The translations under genes were made by a program, and so were the position numbers. The notes beneath the pieces were generated by a model, which saw nothing but the letters and a program-made list of their open reading frames with translations, did no database searches and was not told the DNA's origin. A stretch of 28,837 bases of DNA from Fonticula alba ATCC 38817. Its lineage: Eukaryota; Protista; Nucleariida. Positions 1-9,989 of the stretch are shown one piece after another (positions within the stretch are counted from its first letter, which is position 1; every line of letters starts with the position of its first letter). The DNA lies in the NCBI GenBank assembly GCA_000388065.2, contig KB932202.1; one strand, given 5' to 3'.

Positions 1-734
1 AAAGACGTGCCCGACTGCGTGTCCCTGGGAAATGGGCGGGGGAAGGGGAGGAGGAGAGAGAGGGAGAGGGCGAGAGAGGAGGGAGGGCACACGGTGCCTG
101 TCCTCCGGCCAGGTGTCATCACGGCAGGACGACAAGGCAACGCACGGAAGCGTAAACACAGAGGGCAAAGTGCAGAAGAAAAGACTCTATTTTTGTCAGG
201 GGGGAGGGGGTGGGGAAGAGAAGGGCGCGCGCTGCCGGGAAAAAAGGAAGGTAACGGGGGCAGGAGCGCGGTTGGATCCGTCCTCCCGGGTGGGGGGTGG
301 GGAGGCCGTGAGGGGGTGGTGGTGTGCCATGCGTGATGCTGTGTGTGGGAGGGAACGGGGAGGTGGGTGGGTGTGGACAGGGTATCCGCCGATCTAGGGG
401 GGGTGGGGTGGGGTGGGGGGACAATCATACGCATGTGCGCATGGGAGCCTTTGCCGCGGCGTGGCGTGCGCGCACACAGCAGAGACGCACTTCCCCACGG
501 GGACCAAGAGGCGAGAGTGAAGTATGGGAGGGAGGGGAGGGGGGAGGATGGATTGGGCCGGGGGACAAAGCGCAGGGGTTTTGGGAGGGATGTGGAGGCA
601 GGAGAGGAGGGGAAGCAAGGACATGATAGGAGGAGAAGAGGGAGGAGGGGCGGCGCGGTGCGTCGGTGGGAGGAGGTGCTGATGCACATGCGTGAGCCAG
701 CAATCACACACGGGGAGGGGAGGGGGGCGTATAA

Positions 735-806
735 CATGCACATGCACATGCACATGCACATGCACATGCACATGCACATGCCCGCATGTCCGCATGTCCG
801 CATGTC
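735..806. repeat. (CATGCA)n microsatellite (~7.7 copies, 735-780) grading into (CGCATGTC)x3, just downstream of the TIM44 stop
   Basis: Read directly from the sequence; the hexamer is a strictly alternating pyrimidine/purine tract. Confidence 0.95.
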
Positions 807-827
807 TATGGACATGGCGCCATGCCC

Positions 828-2706
828 TTACCACGACCGCATGGCACCCTGCATGCGCAGATCCTGGACGATCCAGCCACCGGTGGGAGCGCGGTCGTAC
901 GACACGGTCTCCAGGCGCAGGAGGGAGATCTGGTAGAAGACTTGGAAAATGCCGCTGGTCTCGTCCTGGATGGCCTCGCCGGTGGTGGCGTCGCGCAGCT
1001 GGATGGTCTCGAAGGTCCGGAAGGAGATGGTCAACACGGGGTTCTCCTCGACGAAGCCGGCATCGATGATGTCCAGCGACCGGAGCTCGTGCACCTGGCG
1101 ATCCATCAGGATGTTGCGGTTGGCCAGGGACTCGCGCTCGGAGAGGAGAATGCCGGCCGTGCCCTCGGAGCACCACATGCGAATGTCATCGGCGCGGTTC
1201 TCCGAAGCGGCCTCCATCACCTCGGGGATGACGTAGGTCTGGACATAGCGCATCCACTTCTCCTCGGAGAACTCCGGGTCAAGCTCCTGCAGCCGGGTAA
1301 GGACCTCGGACATCTCGTTCCCGCCGCCGAGAGTGTGCAGATAGTCGGAGATGCGCTTGCGGTAGATGGAGAGCGGCGAGTCGTCCTTCACCCCGGAGAA
1401 GGACCCGACGCCCTTGAAGAGCTTGTTGCGAGAGGTGAAGTTGGACCAGGCCTTGACCATGTTGGACAGGCTGAAGCGCGACACCGTGACGGAGGTGGTC
1501 TCCTCCTCGGAGGGGGTGAAGCCGGCCACCATGCGGTCGATGTCGGCCTGGTGCTTGGCGATCAGCGCCTCGCGGTACTGCTGGCGATACTCCTTGGTCG
1601 ACCAGCCGCCATAGAAGCTGGCGTCGGTGTGCTCCAGGATGTTGAGGGCACTCAGGCCGCCACGTGCGCGCGAGAACATCCCCTCCTTGGGGGCGGACGC
1701 CTGGTCGAGAGACGGGTCGTCCTCGTCGTCGTCCTCCTCCTCCTCCTCATGGGGGGGAGGAGTGCGAGTGGCGGTGGACTCGGTGGCTTGGGCGGCGTCA
1801 GCCACCTTGCCGGCGCCGGTGGGCGTCGCGGAGGGCTTGGCGGCGGCAGCGGCGGCGGCGGCGGCGGCGGCGGCCTCAGCAGCCTTGGCAGTCTCAGCGG
1901 CCTTGGCAGTCTCAGCGGCCTTGGCAGTCTCAGCGGCCTTGGCAGCCTCGGCGGCCTCGGCGGCCTTGGCGGCCTCAGCCGCCCGGGCGGCATCGGCCGC
2001 GCGGAGGGCCGCGCGGGCAGCCCTGGCCTTGGAAGCGGCCTCAGCCTCGGCCGCCGCCTTGGCAGCACGGGCCTCAGCCGCGGCCTTGAACCGGGCCGCG
2101 GCCACCTCCTCCGGGGACATATCGAGTGGGATCTCCTCGACAGCGGCCTTGGGATTGGGGGAGGCGGTGGCGGCGGCGACCGCCGCGGCCCTACGCTTGG
2201 CAGCGACAGCGGCCTCGGCCTCGATCCTGGCCTTGAGGGCGGCCGCGGCGGCCGCAGCCTCATCCCCGTCTTGGGTATCGTTGGCGGGCCCGCCATCGGC
2301 GGCCGCGAGGGCCGCACGGGCCGCGGCAATTCGAGCCGCCACCGAGTCCCGGCCATCATCCTTGGAGTTGCCGCTGGCCGAGGCGAACAGCCGTGCGGCA
2401 TAGTGCGGGACCTGTCGTGTGAGGAGGGGGCGTGGAGGGAGAAAGAGACAGATGCATGGACGCATGGACGCATGGACGCATGGACGCATGGACGCATGGA
2501 CGCATGGACGCATGGACGAGGGAGGGGGGAGAGTCAGTTCCGGAGGAGGAATCGCGAAGGGAGGAGCATGTATCTGGGGCAAAGGGGCACAGGAGGACGA
2601 GGCGGACCAGGGCAGAGGGGCCGGCGCGAGAGGCGCCGGTGGCTGCGCGAGCGGCAATGACGCCTCGCATGGAGGCAGCGCTGATGCGGGCGGAATGGGA
2701 CAGCAT
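828..2706 (-). CDS. TIM44: Mitochondrial import inner membrane translocase subunit Tim44, 560 aa. Exons 2706-2608 and 2411-828
   Basis: Exon 1 (MLSHSARISAASMRGVIAARAATGASRAGPSAL) is Arg/Ser/Ala-rich with no acidic residues, like a presequence. It ends at phase-0 donor GTCCGC (2607) and joins phase-0 acceptor ACGACAG (2412). Exon 2 has Tim44 motifs recalled from yeast/human: SFYGGWSTKEYRQ, DPEFS..YVIPEVMEA..WCSE, PVLTISFRT..RDATTGE, GGWIVQD. TAA at 830-828 lies 14 residues after the last conserved Trp, as in yeast and human Tim44. Confidence 0.9.
1810..2390 (-). repeat. Coding Ala/Lys/Glu-rich repeat region in Tim44, with three perfect 18-bp units (CCTTGGCAGTCTCAGCGG at 1883-1936, peptide unit AAETAK) plus degenerate copies and poly-Ala
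   Basis: Tandem units seen directly; translation reads [49 protein letters not shown]. Confidence 0.9.
2454..2517. repeat. (GCATGGAC)x8 perfect octamer repeat inside TIM44 intron 1
   Basis: Counted directly from the sequence. Confidence 0.95.
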
Positions 2707-3802
2707 CGTGAAGACGAAGATGGGCGGGGATAGAAAGGCGATGGAGCGAGGCGAGGGGAGGGGGGAGGGGGGAGCAGAGGGGCAAGGGGGGAGCAGAGGG
2801 GCAAGGGGGGAGAAATGTGGTGATCGTGTGGGGCTCCAGGCAGGGGCGGGGAGGTGGGTGTTTTGGGACTCCGGAAGACTGGGTGGCTCCTGACTCTTCA
2901 GACGGTGCCAGGGCCGGTGCGCTGGCTAGAGCGAAAATACGGTGCGGAGGGAGGGGGGGAGGGGGGGGGGCGCCCACCCGGCCGGAGGTCCCCATGTAGA
3001 CAGCGGTCGCCGGGGAGCGGGGGGGGGGGATTGGACCATGTGCAACAACACCCCGGGCGCGGTGAGAGCTGAACCAGAAGGTCCTGCAGGGGGGAGGGGC
3101 GGGGGAAAAAACAGCATTCGGTATTTGGGCCCACCGGCCCCCCAGGGGGAGGGGGGGGGGGAGAAGCGCTCCGGATCTTGGCACACGTCCCTGGCGACCA
3201 GAAAGGCAACGCCGGCGGGAAGTGGGGGGGGGGTTCAGGGCGCCTGTTCTTAGGGGTGATGGCTGACCGCCGCGATCACCCAAGCAGCACGACGATGATG
3301 GAGCCTCGCCGGTCCAGATGCGACCCCAGCACACATGTGTGTACGGGCGGCCGGAGGCACACGTGTGCCAGCGTGGTAGAGAGAGGGCTCGGCGGGCATG
3401 CCGGGCATGCCGGGCCCTGGGTGTTGGAGCGCCGTTCTGAGCCCTCCTCCCCCCCCGCCAGAGTACTCGGGGACCAGGAAAGAACCATCCAGACACACAC
3501 ACACAGGGCCGAGGAAGGCGAAGCAGGGACGGGTTGCCAATGCTCGCGTGGGTGAGCCGCAAAAAGGGAGCCGGCGGGCGGCTTGCAGGAACGGGGGGGG
3601 GGGGGCAACTCCTGCTTGCCCGCGCGTGGGTCACTGTGCAGGTTCCCCCCCGTCCGTCCCTTCCCTCCCTCTCTTGTGTGCCCCCCCCCCCCCCTCCCCC
3701 GTGTGGTGGGGGAGTCCAAGGGCGCCCCCCACACTCGGGACCAGCACCGGCTTGTTGGGCTCAACACATGGTGGGCCAGCCAGCAAAGGGGTGAATCACC
3801 GG

Positions 3803-3886
3803 CATATGGATGAACGCAAATTTGACAATAACCTTATTCGACCATGTGATTCTTCTGGGGTTATTTGATTAAGTGTAACTGATCCA
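3803..3886 (+). ncRNA. Candidate box C/D snoRNA-like small RNA
   Basis: AT-rich ~85-nt island in GC-rich DNA. It has a box C-like TGGATGA (3807-3813, non-canonical), box D CTGA (3879-3882) and complementary ends TGGAT/ATCCA. I could not identify a convincing rRNA guide by eye. Confidence 0.3.
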
Positions 3887-4371
3887 CCGTCTGGTATTTA
3901 GCTGGGGGCGTCTCCGGCCTGGTTGCGGCGGATTCACCAGCGCCCTTTTGCATGCTGGCGGGCGGTCGGAAGAAACGGACGCCCGGGGCGGCGGGGTGAG
4001 ACACCGGGGGGGGGGGGGGCGACCAGGCTCACGTAATATGGGACGGGAGTTAGTATATGTGCGCGCGCGCGCGCGTGTGTGTCTGTGTGTCTATTTGTGT
4101 GTCAGGGCATCTGGGTGTCAGGGCGCATGCGCCTTGGTGCTCTGTCGGGGAGGGATGGGGTGGGGGGAGACGTGGCAGCTGGCCCGAGAGAGGGGGCGGG
4201 GGACGTTGGCGCCTGCCAGGGGCAGGCCATCCATTGCCCAGCGCGAGATGGGGTGCGCTCACACACAGTCTGGGCCGGAGGGGGAGGGGGTCGCACATCT
4301 GCCCAACTTCCCCCTCATAGGATGTCATCCCCCCCAGGGCTCTGGCCCTGAAAATAATCGGCAGAGCCGGG

Positions 4372-4426
<55 letters not shown>
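4372..4426. repeat. (GC)n tract followed by (GA)~20 microsatellite
   Basis: Read directly from the sequence. Confidence 0.95.
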
Positions 4427-4427
<1 letters not shown>

Positions 4428-7400
4428 CAGGGAGGGGCAGGGAGGGGCACCAACGAATGCGGGCGAAAGAGGGGGATCTCTGGCTGAGCGTGACGAACCC
4501 TGTGGCCTCGGCCGGTGGCGGCCCTCATGTTCCAGCCCCCTGCGGCACATTTGGCCGAGGACCGGGAGGGGCCGCCTTGAGACCGCTTCCAAGAGGGGGG
4601 CGGACTCCGGGGACCACAATGCGGGCTACCGGCCCCAGCCGGCGCCGGGGGAGATGCATGTCGAGTGCGCGCGCGCGCGCGCTTGATCAGGCGCGGGCCC
4701 GCACAAAATACAGGGCGGCCCCGGGAGTGCTAGCGAGCGACGCGGAGGCCATGGGCTTGGGGTGGCATGCGGGACGGCCGGGCCGCACGACACTGTGGGT
4801 CCCGCCGTGAAAATGGGGCACACGGGCCCCGGCCGCTGGCCCTGTGCACCGGGCTCTCTCTGCCCAGCTCTGTGAGAAGACACACCGGGGCGCGCTGAGT
4901 CACTCTGCTGACCGAGCTCCCCTCCGCAAGCGCGGGGCGGAGGTGGCCGCCGGGGCTCAGGCGGCACCTCGGCCTCTCGGTCGGTGGACCCGCTCCGTTG
5001 GGGGAGCCCGGCCGGACAGCTGATCGTGCTCGACAGGCGGTGGTGGTGGCGAAAAGACGGGTGAATGAGGAGCGCCGGCAGCGAGGAAGGCGACGGTCGC
5101 TGCGCGGGGGCGGGGGGTCATGGCCTTTCCGGGCCGTATGCATGAGTGTCGGCTTGCGCGATGGGGGGGGGGGGGGCAAACGAGGAAGTACAATCGCACT
5201 GGGCGCCCAAGATATGTGTGTGGGTCTTTCCCCAGGGGGGGGGGGCCGGAGGGTGCGTCTCACGGATGCCCCCCGGCCCCCGTCCCATAACCAGTGCCAC
5301 GAGACAAGTCCGGCGCATGGCGCGGCGGAAAAGAGAGAGAGAGAGAAGGGAAAAAACACGGGCGGGGCGAGGGTGAGGCACAAACCGACGCAGGCGAGCC
5401 CTCGCAAGGGGGGGGGTTGGTGGTGAGGCCCGGCGGGGGGCGGGGGCCGCGGCGGACGTCCTGGTCGGATCGTGGACGCCGGCAAGACGGAATTCAATAA
5501 TGTCATAATCCGACGATTTAGGCTCACGACACATGGGCCTACCGTCTTGAGTGGGTGAAGAAGAAAGGGGACAGCGCCGCTGCCAGGCCTCCGGGCCTCG
5601 AGCTCTGGCGGCCATGTGCCGTGGGCGTGTGTGCCGGGGCCGCATGTCTGGGTGTTGGACAGATGTGGCCAGCCATCATGGCGGTCGCCGGGTCCGCGCG
5701 CCATGTTCCTCCGGCCCTGGCGCTGGGAGAGTGAGCGCAGACGAGCGTGATCCAGGGGCCGCTGCGCGGGGGGGGGGGGGGGAACTGCGCGATAGGGATC
5801 CGAGGCACCCGGTTCGCGACGACACGGGGGGGGTGGCCCGGCGTCCGGTCGTGTGTCAGCAGCATCCGGCGCGGGTGGGGGGAGGGGGGGGGGGCCGGCC
5901 CTGGCGCCCATGGCTCCTGCGCGCCCGGGCGCGGGCTATCGCACGCCGGAGCACGCCGATAGCCACCGCGGCAGCATGTCGACCCACGACACGACCCGCT
6001 CGGAGGAGGGGACTAATCAACCCGGGTCTGGCGGTGTTCGCTCCGTTCGCGGATTCCCCGCCCCTCCCGCGCAGCGAACGCGGAGTCGGTCGGGCCTGCT
6101 GGGGGTGTTTCAATGGTCCTCGCCGGCCGGAGAACGGCGGGCCGGCCGGGCGGCGCGGCATTCTGTCGCGCCGGCGGTGCGGGCGCCGGACCCTCAGCCC
6201 GGGCCGGGAAAGGGTCGAGACGCACGCCATGTGCGCGCGCTTGCATGCTCGGAACGGGTGGATGTGCCCACGCGCGCGCGCTTCCCGCCACGAATGGGCG
6301 CACAGTACCAACCGCATTGGGCTAGGGTTGGTCGGTGGAGCATGAATATATATATATATCCAGCCAATAAAATAATGTCAGCCGGGCACCGGGGAGGGGC
6401 CTGCAAAGCGGCCCCGCCGTGCGGGCCCGGTGGCGGAGCTTCCGGCGAGGGGGCGCCTGATCACAGGTCCCCCCCCCCCCCGGGCCGGGCTGCCGACTCG
6501 TTGCGGTGGTGTTCTCGGTCAAGACCGAGGTAAGGGCGCCGAGAACGCCCCCCCCCCCCTCCCCCCGGTGGAGGCGTGGGACAAGTCACAGGCTGGTCGT
6601 TCTTCTGGCCAGGCGCGCGCGGGCTGGCCGGCGATCGCCCGGAGTAGTCTCCCCTCCCCGGCCTCTCGGGCCTGTGTCCGTGGCCCGCGGCCTCTGTGTG
6701 CAGGGGGGCGCACTCGTCCCTCTGCCGCCGCGCCCCCCCCCCCCCCCCGGCGAGCTGGCCCCGCCTGGTTACGTGCAGGCATGCTCCCGTCGGGGATGGG
6801 CAATGGCGGGCTCGCGCCGGGCCGGAGGGATGATCGGGGGCGCGCCCCGGGCGGGGGCCACCACCTGGCGCCTTGGTGGCGGTCCCGCAAGGGCCTTCCT
6901 GTGTCGGTCCCCCCCCCCCCCCGGCCCCCCCCCCCCCCCCTCCGGCCCGGCGCGTCTGCTACTCATGGCGCCTGCCTGGGGCTTGTTATGCGCGCGCGCG
7001 CGCGCGGAGCAGGGGCAGGGTGGCCAGACCTCGCGCGCCAACTGCACGCCGAGAGCACCTCAGCCCGCGGCGCCGTGCCGCACGCGGTCTGTTCCCGCAC
7101 GAAAACCACATGCCGGGCGGTGGCCGCCGCCCCCCCCCGAGCCGCGAGTTGGCCGATCGCATTTCGGCGCGCCGGGGCGCTCCCGGCCCCGGCCCGGCCC
7201 GGCCCGGGTCCCCCTGCTCCGGTTGTCTCGCTGGGTCGTGCGGTTGGGCCTCACCGCGGCTGCGTCTCACCGCGGCCCCTCGCCGAGGGTCGGGTGCGGT
7301 GCACCCAACGTCTCTGACGAACCTCCAAAGCCCATCGGCCGCCTGCGTCGCTTTTCGGGGCCGGCGGGCGAGGTTCGTCCAAACGAACCACCTCAGCCCG

Positions 7401-7951
7401 GGGGCGCCCACTTTGCCGCCGACTGGTGTTGGTCCCAGTGGCACCCCCCCCCCCCCCTCTCGCCCTCTCACTGTAATCTGGGCGGGCCCTTTCCGGCTTC
7501 TCCGGCACCCCGGCCCCGGGTCGGTGCCGGTTCTTGCGCCGGTGCGTCCCCCCAGCTGGAAAGCGCCCGGCAGTGTCCGCGGGGGGGGGGGGGGGGGGCG
7601 GGGGACCGGTCCGGAACGTGAGCCTGGCCCGGCTGGCCTGCCGAGCCAGGCCCGGCCACCGCGCCATCCTTATGCGCTTCGGGCGGCCTGGCCGCGGGGG
7701 ACCGGGACACGGGAGGAGCCGGGTGCTGGAATGGAAGAGCAGCCCCCCCCCCCCCCCGGTCCGGCGGCGGGCACCAACACCAGCACTTTGCGCGCGCACT
7801 TTCCCCGGTTCCGGGGCAAACAGCCCGCCCAATGCCACCAAATCCCTCGTGCGCCGGCCGGGGTGGCACGGAGAGGGGGAGAGCATCTCCTCTGACCGCG
7901 GTGATCCGGCGCACCTCGGAGTGTGGCCGCGGGGCGGGGCGGGGGGGGGGG

Positions 7952-8501
7952 NNNNNNNNNNNNNNNNNNNNNNNNNNNNNNNNNNNNNNNNNNNNNNNNN
8001 NNNNNNNNNNNNNNNNNNNNNNNNNNNNNNNNNNNNNNNNNNNNNNNNNNNNNNNNNNNNNNNNNNNNNNNNNNNNNNNNNNNNNNNNNNNNNNNNNNNN
8101 NNNNNNNNNNNNNNNNNNNNNNNNNNNNNNNNNNNNNNNNNNNNNNNNNNNNNNNNNNNNNNNNNNNNNNNNNNNNNNNNNNNNNNNNNNNNNNNNNNNN
8201 NNNNNNNNNNNNNNNNNNNNNNNNNNNNNNNNNNNNNNNNNNNNNNNNNNNNNNNNNNNNNNNNNNNNNNNNNNNNNNNNNNNNNNNNNNNNNNNNNNNN
8301 NNNNNNNNNNNNNNNNNNNNNNNNNNNNNNNNNNNNNNNNNNNNNNNNNNNNNNNNNNNNNNNNNNNNNNNNNNNNNNNNNNNNNNNNNNNNNNNNNNNN
8401 NNNNNNNNNNNNNNNNNNNNNNNNNNNNNNNNNNNNNNNNNNNNNNNNNNNNNNNNNNNNNNNNNNNNNNNNNNNNNNNNNNNNNNNNNNNNNNNNNNNN
8501 N
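7952..8501. other. Assembly gap (550 N), starting immediately after a poly-G run
   Basis: Run of N in the sequence. Confidence 1.
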
Positions 8502-9549
8502 GCCCCAGTCCATTCCCCCCCCTCCAAGACGTGGGTCTGGGCGCTTCGTCTCGTCTTTAGGAAGGCCCGGGTGACCCCGCGCCTCGATGAGTGCCGTGTG
8601 TTCCCGCCCCCCCCCCCCCCTGCCCAGGCGTTTGCACTTGCAGGCGTGAAATGATCACTTGTTTAAACAGGCGGGAGGAGAGTGCCGCACAGCTTTTCCG
8701 TGTAACTCACGGACTTTTTTTATGTTTCCCGCCCGCCGTGCGGCAAGACGTGGCGGCGAAGGCCGCGGGCCTCCGGGGCAGGCCGGTTGTCGGCTTCGTC
8801 TCCGGTCGTATCCGTGTGAGTGTGTGTGTGTGTGTGTGTGTGTATGCATGCGCGCGCCCAAGCCCCGGGCGGGGCCGTCTTTCACATTCTCTCGGCTCGC
8901 ACACCGGCACCACCGGCACCACCAGCACCACCACCACCACCACCACTTCCGGAAGACCACCAAGCGACGTGCTGCCTCCTGCCGGGGGTCTTTCGCCCCA
9001 ACAAAAAGTCTGAGCCTCGACCCCTCGGCGGCCGGCCCGGGCACAGGGTGACCGGGGGAGGAGGAGGAGGAGGGGGGGGGGACGGGGCCCTGCCTTCCCA
9101 GGGGAGTTGAAACTTGAAGGGAAGGCTTGTGCTGCAGGCGCCGCCCGCCGGGCGAGCGCCCTCGTCACCCATCATGGATTTTCCCCCCCTCCAGACTGTC
9201 GTGTCTGCCCCTTCCCCATTTTTTGCTCGCCTGTCCTCTCGCCCTGCGCCCCCCCCCCCCCCCCCCCGCCACTTCCCCCTCCCCCATTTGCACCTCTCCC
9301 GACTCTTGCCCCCTCCCCCCTTCGAGGAAAGGCGGCTCCCTGGTTGCCTCCACGCGCCTCCTGCTGTCGCCCAGCGGGAGCTAGTTTCTCTCCTTCTCCC
9401 CCCCCCTCTCTCTCTCTCTCTGTCTCTCTCCCTCTCTGCCACATAGGGACCCCCCCCCTCGGTCCCACCGGCTTGTCTGTCTGCTCGCACGCCGACATAC
9501 AGACATCGGCTCATCCGCGTGCGCGTGCGTACCCCTCTTGGCTCGCGCA

Positions 9550-9603
9550 NNNNNNNNNNNNNNNNNNNNNNNNNNNNNNNNNNNNNNNNNNNNNNNNNNN
9601 NNN
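9550..9603. other. Assembly gap (54 N)
   Basis: Run of N in the sequence. Confidence 1.
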
Positions 9604-9989
9604 CTCACGCGTTGTCCCCAGCAAACGCACATCGGCTCGGCAGCCCGTCCTCCTTTCTCGGCCGCCGGAGTTCGCCCTGTCTCCCCCCTTCCCCCCGTTC
9701 TTCCGCCCCTCCCGTCCCTCCTCCACTGAGCACAGCACCCCCTGCGCCGTCGCCGCCGCTCAGCGCTGTCCTCGGTAGTTCCCCCCCCCCGCCCCCCCCG
9801 CTCGCTCTGCTTCGCCCCATCCTCGCTTCCTCATCCTCTCCTAATGCGGCTGTCTCTCTCTCTCTCTCTCTCCATCTTGCCCCACCCCCCCCCTCCCACC
9901 TCGTCCACCCTTCGTCTCCCGGTGTCTGTCTCCCTCTTCCGGACCCCGCCTCTGCCGGAATAGGTAGCTTGCGCGTGTGACCCGGCGAC

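Noticed and set aside
826-831. GTAAGG donor-like sequence overlapping the TIM44 stop codon
   Set aside because: The protein already ends at the family-typical position (last Trp +14) and I found no plausible downstream coding exon.
786-2660. 624-aa plus-strand ORF and other overlapping ORFs over TIM44
   Set aside because: Antisense or alternative-frame shadows of a GC-rich coding exon; no domain content.
3791-3821. Resemblance to a 5.8S rRNA segment (GTGAATCA...TGAACGCAAAT)
   Set aside because: The match is short and gapped, the flanks do not continue 5.8S, and there is no 18S/28S context.
3955-3990. GGTCGGAAGAAACGGA resembling SRP RNA helix 8
   Set aside because: The motif is imperfect, and no Alu domain or other SRP helices are recognisable.
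2817-9780. Dozens of 60-420-aa ORFs in the intergenic region, including ORFs running through N gaps
   Set aside because: They are Pro/Gly/Arg-rich products of stop-poor GC-rich DNA and homopolymers, with no domain signal. ORFs crossing gaps are open only because N cannot encode a stop.
2707-9989. Many AGGGG/CCCCT (STRE) sites suggesting autoregulation of the zinc-finger gene
   Set aside because: G runs are everywhere in this DNA, so enrichment cannot be claimed without a background model.
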